The notes under the pieces are model-generated. The model saw only the letters and a list, made by a program, of their open reading frames with translations, was not told where the DNA came from and did not search any database. 32,000 nt of DNA from Pyrodictium delaneyi. GTDB lineage: Archaea > Thermoproteota > Thermoprotei_A > Sulfolobales > Pyrodictiaceae. Where the stretch lies: NCBI RefSeq assembly GCF_001412615.1, contig NZ_CP013011.1:1991837-2023836 (forward strand). Direction: 5' to 3'. Position 1 is the stretch's first letter. Each line of letters begins with the position of its first letter. The position numbers and the translations under genes were made by a program. Below, one piece after another: positions 26,434 to 32,000 of this stretch.

Positions 26434-27963
26434 CTAGGGCAAAAGCTTGACTATTACACCCTCTATCATGACTGCATTATACTCCTCAATAATCCTAATG
26501 GCTTCGTGTAGCCTAGCATCGTTGGAAGCGTATATAGTTAATAATGGATCGCCTTTTCTAACCCTATACCCTGTCTTAACATGGAGCTTGATACCGGCCG
26601 ATTTGTCATCCGGTGCACCAGCCGCCTTAGCTGCAAGCGTTATAGCTACATTGTCTATCGATGTTACAACACCGTCGCGTGGCGATTCTAGAGTAAACTG
26701 TCGAGAAGCCAAACGTATGTCATCCGGCTTAACGTCAGGATCACCCTCCTGAACCTCAATAATTTCCCTAAACTTGCTATAAGCAGCTCCACTCCGGAGA
26801 AGTTCACAAGCTAAGCTATAGCCACGACCACGGGGAGCAACGCCACCAAGCTCAAATACTAACCCTGCAAGACTGCAAGCTTTCTCTATAAGCCCAGGTG
26901 GCCCATCACCCTTAATCAGCGTCTCTAGCGCTTCTTGCGCCTCTAATGCAGGACCCACAGCAAATCCTATTGGCTCACCACCAAAGGTTAACGCTACACG
27001 CATTGTAACACCTAGTCGACTAGCCTGAGAGAGAAACATTGATGCGAGAGAAGTGGCTTCCTTTTCATCTTCTACTTTAGCTCCTCGTCCCACCGGTATG
27101 TCTATGACAAGTCTCGACACACTCATGGCCAGCTTCTTAGCAAGTATACTTGCAACCATCTGGGCCGGCGGGTCAATTCCTATGCGTCTTTCAATACGCA
27201 CGAAGATGTCATCTGCTGGTGCTAGATTAAGCGCACCACCCCATACAATGAGCCCGCGTGCTTTAAGAGCCATCTCATGTATCTCTTCGGCCGAGAAAGT
27301 AACACGAGCTAATACCTCCATAGTGTCAGCTGTGCCCGCAGGACTTGTTATAGCACGACTACTCGTCTTCGGTATAAGGAGCCCCTTGGAAGCTACTGTC
27401 GGTACAACGAGTAGAGCAACCTTACTGTTGCCTGGCACTCCTCCTATACTATGTTCGTCGTATACAGGCTCGCCAAAACTAACCACTTCACCTGTCTCTA
27501 CCATAGCCCTTATGAGGTAGCCTAGCTCTTCCTCGCTTAGCTTATGGTGTAACTGGCTTACCAGAAAAGCTGCTATTTGCGCATCATCGTAGAACCCAGA
27601 GACTATATCGCTTATAAACCGCTTATAGTCTCCTGCATCGAGTTTCTTACCTTCAAGACGACGTTTAAACGCGTCAAAGCTGGGCGGCAGATCCAATGGA
27701 TAGACCTCTACCGAGCTACACTCATCCAACTTCTTAAGCAATCCCCGCGAGATTGCTGCTTTACCAGCCTCAACGCTAGGATTTACAGCCGCTAACGCGC
27801 CAAGACCACGTCCACCACACACCACACTAACACGCGAGCCAGCAACAATGCCAAGCCGCTCTGCATCATGAGGATTGAGGAAGACTACATCACAGCCTAC
27901 ATCAATATCTACTGGTTCCACACGTAGATGCGCAGGCTTCACGACTAATCCACCTAGCCACAT
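26434..27963 (-). CDS. deoA: AMP phosphorylase (archaeal thymidine-phosphorylase family, DeoA)
   Basis: 509 aa with the extra N-terminal domain. HSIGGVPGN, IPKTSSRAITSPAGTADTMEV and VWGGALNLAPADD are near-invariant family blocks. Confidence 0.93.
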   Translation of the reverse strand: MWLGGLVVKPAHLRVEPVDIDVGCDVVFLNPHDAERLGIVAGSRVSVVCGGRGLGALAAVNPSVEAGKAAISRGLLKKLDECSSVEVYPLDLPPSFDAFKRRLEGKKLDAGDYKRFISDIVSGFYDDAQIAAFLVSQLHHKLSEEELGYLIRAMVETGEVVSFGEPVYDEHSIGGVPGNSKVALLVVPTVASKGLLIPKTSSRAITSPAGTADTMEVLARVTFSAEEIHEMALKARGLIVWGGALNLAPADDIFVRIERRIGIDPPAQMVASILAKKLAMSVSRLVIDIPVGRGAKVEDEKEATSLASMFLSQASRLGVTMRVALTFGGEPIGFAVGPALEAQEALETLIKGDGPPGLIEKACSLAGLVFELGGVAPRGRGYSLACELLRSGAAYSKFREIIEVQEGDPDVKPDDIRLASRQFTLESPRDGVVTSIDNVAITLAAKAAGAPDDKSAGIKLHVKTGYRVRKGDPLLTIYASNDARLHEAIRIIEEYNAVMIEGVIVKLLP

Positions 27964-28063
27964 ACTATCAAGATCATAAGTAGAACACCGTCAGGGATTC
28001 CTGGACTATTCTGTCTAAGAGTCTCTACACATACTAACACACCAGATTGGTGGCAGAATAAAA

Positions 28064-28399
28064 ATGTGTAAGAAAAGGCTTAAAGCATACATATCAATAG
28101 AAAATACAAGATTACCGCTCGAAGCATATTACCATCCAGAAGGCTGCATGAAAGCTAAACAGCCGCACCTAGACCTACCATGTATCGAACCCCTCTGTTC
28201 ACTAACAGTCAAGCGCGGCTTCACACTCATGTGCAGAAATCTCGGGAACTGTATAGAGCTAACAGAGCCAATAACCGGCATAACAGTGACAATATGTCTA
28301 GAAGCTGGAGAGCCTCTTTGCAGAAAATCAGTATACATTATGCGGACACGGAGCAAGAAGATATACATATCACCGATAATTGTGAGGACGGAGCACTAA
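28064..28399 (+). CDS. Hypothetical Cys-rich small protein (doubtful)
   Basis: A 111-aa ORF with 9 Cys in an AT-richer wedge between deoA and the att site. I recognise no motif, and there is no clear promoter or SD. Confidence 0.3.
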   Translation: MCKKRLKAYISIENTRLPLEAYYHPEGCMKAKQPHLDLPCIEPLCSLTVKRGFTLMCRNLGNCIELTEPITGITVTICLEAGEPLCRKSVYIMRTRSKKIYISPIIVRTEH

Positions 28400-28519
28400 C
28401 GCAGAACTACGCAGTCACAACACAGCTAATCAGTGTATTACTACCACACATCTCGGAGAACAGGATCCCTCCGATACAGCTAGCCGAGAACGATTCCACG
28501 CGAGAGAAGCTAAGGGAAG

Positions 28520-29521
28520 GTGTGGTGCGGGGGGTGGGATTTGAACCCACGCAGGCCTACGCCAGCGGGTCCTCAGCCCGCCCCCCTTGCCTGGCTCGGT
28601 GACAAATCAAGAGGAGCTGAAACGCGGTCTGTTAATGGGTTGCAGCAGGATGGAGCCACCGATATGCCAGGGGTTGCTGCAACACCGCTGCGGCTCACCC
28701 CAGAGCTGCTGCGCGGCTTCCTGGGATGGCTGGTCGACGAGGGGCTCTCCCAGGAGTCAAAGCAGTACAGGGAGTATACGAACAAGGCCAGAGAGGTTGT
28801 CGGAGTTGTACTCGACTGCCAGACGGTGGCCGAGCTCGCGAAGAGGAGCAAGCGCTGGCACGAGTTCGTGAGCAGGCTGCTGACCTATGTTGGGCACAAG
28901 CGCGGCCTGGGCCTCAAGCGGGTAGCAGCCGACCTGAGGGACTGCATGCCGAGGAAGGCGGCAGGCGGCGAGGACACCTACGTGCCGCCCCTGGAGAGGG
29001 TCGTGAAGGCTGGCCGAAAGCTTTCGGGCGACCCCGAGGCCTACGCGGCCTGGCTCCTGCTGGTGAGCACGGGGGCCAGGTTCACCACAGTCGTGGACGT
29101 GCTGCTCAGCTTCGAGAGGGAGCGCCTAGTATGCCTGGACACAGGGGTGTGCAGATACCACGTTGACTACAAGCGCGGCGAGAAAGAGCAGTGGGCCATG
29201 TACGCCCCCGAAGAGGTATGGCGCTGGCTGGCCGAGAGGCTCCCCATGAATGTGCCAGAGGGCGAGGACAGGGACAGGCTCTACGAGGATCTCAGGGTAC
29301 GCGTAGTGGCCAACGGCGGGGTGAGGGTGAAGCACTACCGCAACTTCGTGTTCAACAAGATGATAGAGCTGGGCATCCCCGAGGGCGTAGCCGACTGGGT
29401 GATAGGCCACAAGCCAGACACTGTGGGCAGGAAGAACTACCTAGCCAAGCTCGCACAGGCAGACAAATGGTACCCGCTCTACGCCCAGTGGCTACGCAGA
29501 GAGATACTCTCGAAGCTGTAG
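28520..29521 (+). CDS. int: Tyrosine recombinase/integrase whose reading frame opens inside the tRNA-derived att sequence
   Basis: STGARFTTV (box I Arg), KHYRNFVFNKM and VIGHKPDTVGRKNY (His/Arg/Tyr box II). The frame opens 2 codons after a TAA at 28511 and reads through the tRNA fragment (WCGGWDLNPRR...). This is either an SSV-type partitioned int(C) fragment or an intact ~285-aa integrase starting at ATG 28664 (MPGVAATPLRLTPELLRGFLGWLV). Confidence 0.88.
   Translation: MWCGGWDLNPRRPTPAGPQPAPLAWLGDKSRGAETRSVNGLQQDGATDMPGVAATPLRLTPELLRGFLGWLVDEGLSQESKQYREYTNKAREVVGVVLDCQTVAELAKRSKRWHEFVSRLLTYVGHKRGLGLKRVAADLRDCMPRKAAGGEDTYVPPLERVVKAGRKLSGDPEAYAAWLLLVSTGARFTTVVDVLLSFERERLVCLDTGVCRYHVDYKRGEKEQWAMYAPEEVWRWLAERLPMNVPEGEDRDRLYEDLRVRVVANGGVRVKHYRNFVFNKMIELGIPEGVADWVIGHKPDTVGRKNYLAKLAQADKWYPLYAQWLRREILSKL
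28523..28599 (-). pseudogene. 5'-truncated tRNA-Leu(GAG) copy, interpreted as the attachment-site repeat (attL) of the integrated element
   Basis: The reverse complement reads ..CACCGAGCCAGGCAAGGGGGGCGGGCTGAGGACCCGCTGGCGTAGGCCTGCGTGGGTTCAAATCCCACCCCCCGCACCA. The D arm through CCA is intact and the anticodon loop is CTGAGGA. The 5' acceptor strand is replaced by unrelated sequence (GATTTGT), so no acceptor stem can form. Confidence 0.8.
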
Positions 29522-29532
29522 GCTCCCTTTCT

Positions 29533-29628
29533 CCTGACAGGCTGGTAGCCCGCAAGTAGGAGCAGGATATACACTAGACTATACTATGATAGTACGAGAC
29601 CTCTTTGCCTGACAGGCAGGTAGCCTGC
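29533..29628 (+). repeat. Two 21-nt direct repeats (19/21 identical), 75 nt apart, in the int-DUF3800 intergenic region
   Basis: CCTGACAGGCTGGTAGCCCGC (29533..29553) and CCTGACAGGCAGGTAGCCTGC (29608..29628). The second contains the inverted repeat CAGGC-aggta-GCCTG. Both are preceded by CTTT-containing context. Confidence 0.6.
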
Positions 29629-29635
29629 TAAGCCG

Positions 29636-29647
29636 CTATAATAATAG
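29636..29647 (+). promoter_or_regulatory. TATA-like box CTATAATAATAG upstream of the DUF3800 gene
   Basis: The only AT-rich block in the GC-rich spacer, about 35-45 nt upstream of GTG 29681, which is itself preceded by GGTGGCGGC. Confidence 0.35.
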
Positions 29648-29650
29648 CAT

Positions 29651-30457
29651 TTGCATGTGCAATACCTCAAGGGTGGCGGCGTGGGCTCGCAGAGTCGCCG
29701 TGTGCTACTAGCATACGTCGACGAGAGCGGGAAGCCGCACCAGCTAAGAGAGGGGCCCTTCGTCGTCACGGCAGCCATGATCTGGCCTGAGGAGCTGCGA
29801 GCCGCCGAGGAGAAGATCCACGGCTTCCTCAAGTACTGGGAGCGGCGGCTGAAAGAGCATCACCCTAACATGGAGATCCCGCCGCTCGAGGAGATACACG
29901 CGCGAACGGTCGTGATGGGTGAGGGTTTCTGGCGCGGCGTCAAGCCGAGGCTAAGAAACGAGTTCATCCTTGGCGCGGCTGACCTCGTGGGTCACCTCCC
30001 CGTGGTCTTCAACATTGTCGTGCTCAGGATGGAGCCTGGGGCACCCCTAGATCCGCATAGGGTGCGATACGAGGTTCACAAACGCCTCATAGAGCGCATA
30101 GTAATGACCGACCCGAGGGTGGACGAGATAGTGGTGAAGTATGATAGCGCTGGCTTCGAGAATCACGGGATAGCGGTGGAGCTGCTCCGCGGCCTACACG
30201 AGGGCTACGTGCAGTACCGTGGCGAGGTCTCGATAGGATTCGTCGACTCCAGGAGGAGCCCTCTGATACAGGCCGCGGATCTAATGGCGTATGTTACGAG
30301 AATGGTTGAGATGGGGCGCTACCTGGTCAGAGGCATCGAGATAGACAGAGCATTCATCCTCCTTGAGCCCAGGATACGGCGTTGCCCCCACAGCAACGAC
30401 TACGAGGGCTGCGGCCTCAAACGCGCAACTCTGCACAGGGACGGCAGGATAAGGTAG
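29651..30457 (+). CDS. DUF3800-family protein
   Basis: N-terminal LLAYVDESGKP and C-terminal DSRRSPLIQAADLMAYV are the two signature blocks of DUF3800. The longest ORF starts at TTG 29651. GTG 29681 or GTG 29702 are more plausible given the TATA position. Confidence 0.8.
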   Translation: MHVQYLKGGGVGSQSRRVLLAYVDESGKPHQLREGPFVVTAAMIWPEELRAAEEKIHGFLKYWERRLKEHHPNMEIPPLEEIHARTVVMGEGFWRGVKPRLRNEFILGAADLVGHLPVVFNIVVLRMEPGAPLDPHRVRYEVHKRLIERIVMTDPRVDEIVVKYDSAGFENHGIAVELLRGLHEGYVQYRGEVSIGFVDSRRSPLIQAADLMAYVTRMVEMGRYLVRGIEIDRAFILLEPRIRRCPHSNDYEGCGLKRATLHRDGRIR

Positions 30458-30474
30458 AGATGGCTGCTTCTCCC

Positions 30475-30546
30475 CCGCGGGGTACACCGTGCAGGGTGTC
30501 CCCGCGGCGGCCGCCGCGGCTACCCCGTGCAGGGGGTTCCGCGGCG
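30475..30546. repeat. Tandem pair of GC-rich hairpins sharing the same GTGCAG loop, joined by an 18-nt perfect palindrome
   Basis: Hairpin 1 (30475..30507) is CCGCGGGGTACACC-GTGCAG-GGTGTCCCCGCGG, 13 bp with one bulged T. Hairpin 2 (30512..30546) is CGCCGCGGCTACCCC-GTGCAG-GGGGTTCCGCGGCG, 8+4 bp with an internal loop. CCGCGGCGGCCGCCGCGG (30502..30519) is self-complementary. Confidence 0.7.
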
Positions 30547-30729
30547 ACCCATCGCAGCCACTTTGTAAGAACACACACAGAGTATTACTAGTTTTGCGCC
30601 GCTCGGCACCAGACTGGAGCAATAGACCGCGGGAATAATATATAGGACTTGCGCCTCGTGGCCAGGCAAAGGTGCCACAGGGCGCTACGCGGAGTGGCTC
30701 CGCAGGGAGGTGCTCGCGAGGCTATAGGT

Positions 30730-31203
30730 CTAGCGTCCACCAGGCCTCGCCTTCAGCAGCGCCTCGCGGAGCTGTATCATGAGGTCGCGTACGCTGCCGC
30801 TGCCCTTGAGCACTACCTTGCCGCCAGTGTAGTAGATTACTAGGCGGTGCCTGTTAAGCCACCCATATATCGCTATGATGAGACCCACAATAATGAAGGG
30901 AAGTAGCTCAATGCTTTTGAATGACGTGCTGTTCCTCGCCTCGAGCACTCCAATGGACTGGTCGATCATTAGCGCCAGTATCCAGGGCAGCACGAAGGCT
31001 ATGAAGAGGCCCAGAACCACTAGCCCGAGCGAAATTGTTAGCTCCACCGAGTGGATGCTCGACAAGAGGATGTCCTTCAGCCACAAGCCCCGTGTCATTA
31101 TGAGCCTGAGATTTGTTACTGCGACCTTCACGCCATTGATCTCGCCCTGCCAGAGGAGATCCTCACTGGGAGCCAGGACGGGGATACCCCTGCCCCTAGT
31201 CAA
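30730..31203 (-). CDS. Hypothetical membrane protein (PH/GRAM-like beta segments flanking 2-3 TM helices)
   Basis: N-terminal LLWQGEINGVKVAVTNLRLIMTRG...IHSVEL resembles bacterial/archaeal PH-like modules. Hydrophobic helices follow (LGLVVLGLFIAFVLPWILALMI, LLPFIIVGLIIAIYGWL). Function unknown. Confidence 0.55.
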   Translation of the reverse strand: MTRGRGIPVLAPSEDLLWQGEINGVKVAVTNLRLIMTRGLWLKDILLSSIHSVELTISLGLVVLGLFIAFVLPWILALMIDQSIGVLEARNSTSFKSIELLPFIIVGLIIAIYGWLNRHRLVIYYTGGKVVLKGSGSVRDLMIQLREALLKARPGGR

Positions 31204-31322
31204 GGCTCACGAACCCGCCAGCAAAGTCAACCCTTCTTAGATAAAACACGTAGACACCCATACAGACCTGTTCAGAGAAGAGACTCGCAACATTCAGTTC
31301 CATATACCTGCCAGATAAAATC

Positions 31323-31649
31323 CTAGCGCAGTTTGAGCCACCCTAGCTTTGCTAGTAGATGCTCCAGCCCCTCGCTTAGGCAAAAGACCACGGCCCTGCC
31401 GCCCCTATGCTTGGCGTATACGCGTCTAACCAGCCAGCCGTGCTCGGCTAGGCGGCGTATGTTGCGCTCCACGGTGTGCCACTCGACTACGTTCTCCCAT
31501 CCCCTCCTCTCATAGTACATCCTCAGATACTTGTATACGAAGCAGTCCCGCCTACCCTTCTTGTTTGAAAGATACTCCGCTATCAGCCGCAGCGTCCTAC
31601 GCTCCGACTCGCTGAACGCAGCTAGCTCATACACCGCCTGCGTGGTCAT
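31323..31649 (-). CDS. Winged helix-turn-helix DNA-binding protein (hypothetical)
   Basis: HTVERNIRRLAEHGWLVRRVYAKHRGGRAVVFCLSEGLEHL fits a recognition helix plus wing hairpin. The start overlaps the RHH gene stop by 4 nt. Confidence 0.55.
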   Translation of the reverse strand: MTTQAVYELAAFSESERRTLRLIAEYLSNKKGRRDCFVYKYLRMYYERRGWENVVEWHTVERNIRRLAEHGWLVRRVYAKHRGGRAVVFCLSEGLEHLLAKLGWLKLR

Positions 31650-31831
31650 GATAACAGCCTCACTATCTTCACGTCACGCGCTATCTCCTTCGGCGTCTCC
31701 AGCCTCAGGTACAGCTCCAACGCCTTCCTGATGACCTCGCTCCTGGTCACGCCCTTTAGGCGTGCGAAGCTGTCGAGCCTGTCGAACAGCTCCTCATCCA
31801 CCTTGAACGTCACGACCCGCACAACCATCAC
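31646..31831 (-). CDS. CopG/Arc/MetJ ribbon-helix-helix protein
   Basis: VVTFKVDEELFDRLDSFARLKGVTRSEVIRKALELYL is a textbook RHH (beta strand plus two helices). GTG 31831 or ATG 31828 start. Confidence 0.85.
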   Translation of the reverse strand: MMVVRVVTFKVDEELFDRLDSFARLKGVTRSEVIRKALELYLRLETPKEIARDVKIVRLLS

Positions 31832-32000
31832 CCCTCTTCTTCAAGCTCGTCGTAGATGCGCTCCGCCAGCCACTTCATGTATGATATGAACGCGCCCTCA
31901 TCGCTGGTTTCGAACTCGGCCTCGTCGAAGAACGCGCCGTTCCTGCTGACGTCCACGTATATCCCGTGCCTGGTCACAGCCACGGAGATAACGAACCTCG
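31828..32000 (-). CDS. C-terminal part of an unknown protein; the ORF enters from beyond the right edge
   Basis: Hand translation gives ...RFVISVAVTRHGIYVDVSRNGAFFDEAEFETSDEGAFISYMKWLAERIYDELEEEG, with stop TGA 31830..31828 overlapping the ATG of the RHH gene (TGATG). I recognise no motif. Confidence 0.45.
   Translation of the reverse strand, partial: RFVISVAVTRHGIYVDVSRNGAFFDEAEFETSDEGAFISYMKWLAERIYDELEEEG

Larger units (their letters stand above)
28516..32000. mobile_element. Left part of an integrated plasmid/virus-like element (att, integrase, cargo); it continues beyond the window
   Basis: A partial tRNA copy lies next to an integrase pointing inward. GC content jumps abruptly: a spot count of one 60-nt line in int gives about 65% GC, against about 52% in the ribosomal cluster. 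The genes are typical of crenarchaeal extrachromosomal elements (CopG/RHH, wHTH, DUF3800). Confidence 0.75.

Noticed and set aside
25670-28599. Reading the two tRNA-Leu-derived repeats as attL/attR of an element spanning TFS-like, deoA and the Cys-rich ORF
   Set aside because: The orientation is wrong. For a minus-strand tRNA, integration into its 3' part leaves the intact gene at the right junction, but here the intact tRNA is on the left. The anticodons also differ (UAA versus GAG), and deoA is a core metabolic gene with backbone-like composition.
28180-29166. ORFs 28180..28602, 28587..28871 and 28726..29166 (plus strand), and 28573..28851 and 29126..29410 (minus strand)
   Set aside because: They overlap the tRNA fragment or the integrase in alternative frames. 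The translations are Arg/Gly/Pro/Ala-rich, as expected from GC-rich off-frame reading. The integrase frame alone carries recombinase motifs.
30281-30843. ORFs 30281..30622 (minus), 30382..30591 (plus) and 30649..30843 (plus)
   Set aside because: They span the GC hairpin/palindrome region or overlap the DUF3800 and membrane-protein genes. The translations are dominated by Pro/Arg/Ala runs produced by the CCGCGG repeats.
1-32000. CRISPR arrays, rRNA genes, IS elements with terminal inverted repeats
   Set aside because: I saw no regularly spaced direct repeats of 24-40 nt, no rRNA-like conserved blocks and no transposase-like ORFs anywhere in the window.

Overview
This is an archaeal chromosome segment. 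Gene content and order look crenarchaeal/TACK and hyperthermophile-like; the taxon is inferred, not proven. From 1 to 23.5 kb it is almost entirely minus-strand housekeeping genes. These are riboflavin genes (ribB fragment, GTP cyclohydrolase III, pyrimidine reductase) packed directly behind RNase P subunits Pop5 and Rpp30; a DUF54/COG1325 protein and L15e; an Obg-family GTPase; ndk; and a plus-strand trio (SagB-like dehydrogenase, beta-hydroxyacid dehydrogenase, EamA transporter). They continue with L24e-S28e and L7Ae, which are split by an opposite-strand ORF, then gltX and an isoprenoid block (GGPP synthase, type-2 IDI, isopentenyl phosphate kinase, a degenerate GHMP-like ORF, a MEMO-like protein). 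The S2-RpoN-S9-L13-L18e-RpoD-S11-S4-S13 cluster follows. After 23.5 kb the window becomes accessory. It holds tRNA-Phe, tRNA-Gly and tRNA-Leu(UAA), and an AT-rich single-gene islet encoding an orphan HerA/FtsK-type ATPase. Next come a TFS-like zinc-ribbon protein lacking the catalytic C-terminal ribbon, and AMP phosphorylase. At 28.5 kb a 5'-truncated tRNA-Leu(GAG) copy abuts a tyrosine integrase. This opens a GC-rich integrated element that runs off the right edge; it carries a DUF3800 protein, twin GC hairpins, a membrane protein, a wHTH protein and a CopG/RHH protein. I saw no rRNA, no CRISPR array and no complete known defence system. The best novelty candidates are the HerA islet, the cargo and structured repeats of the integrated element, the degenerate GHMP protein at the mevalonate-kinase position, and the truncated TFS paralog. 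Many genes need TTG/GTG starts, and S13 appears to need CTG. All functional calls come from motif recognition by eye, with no searches run.
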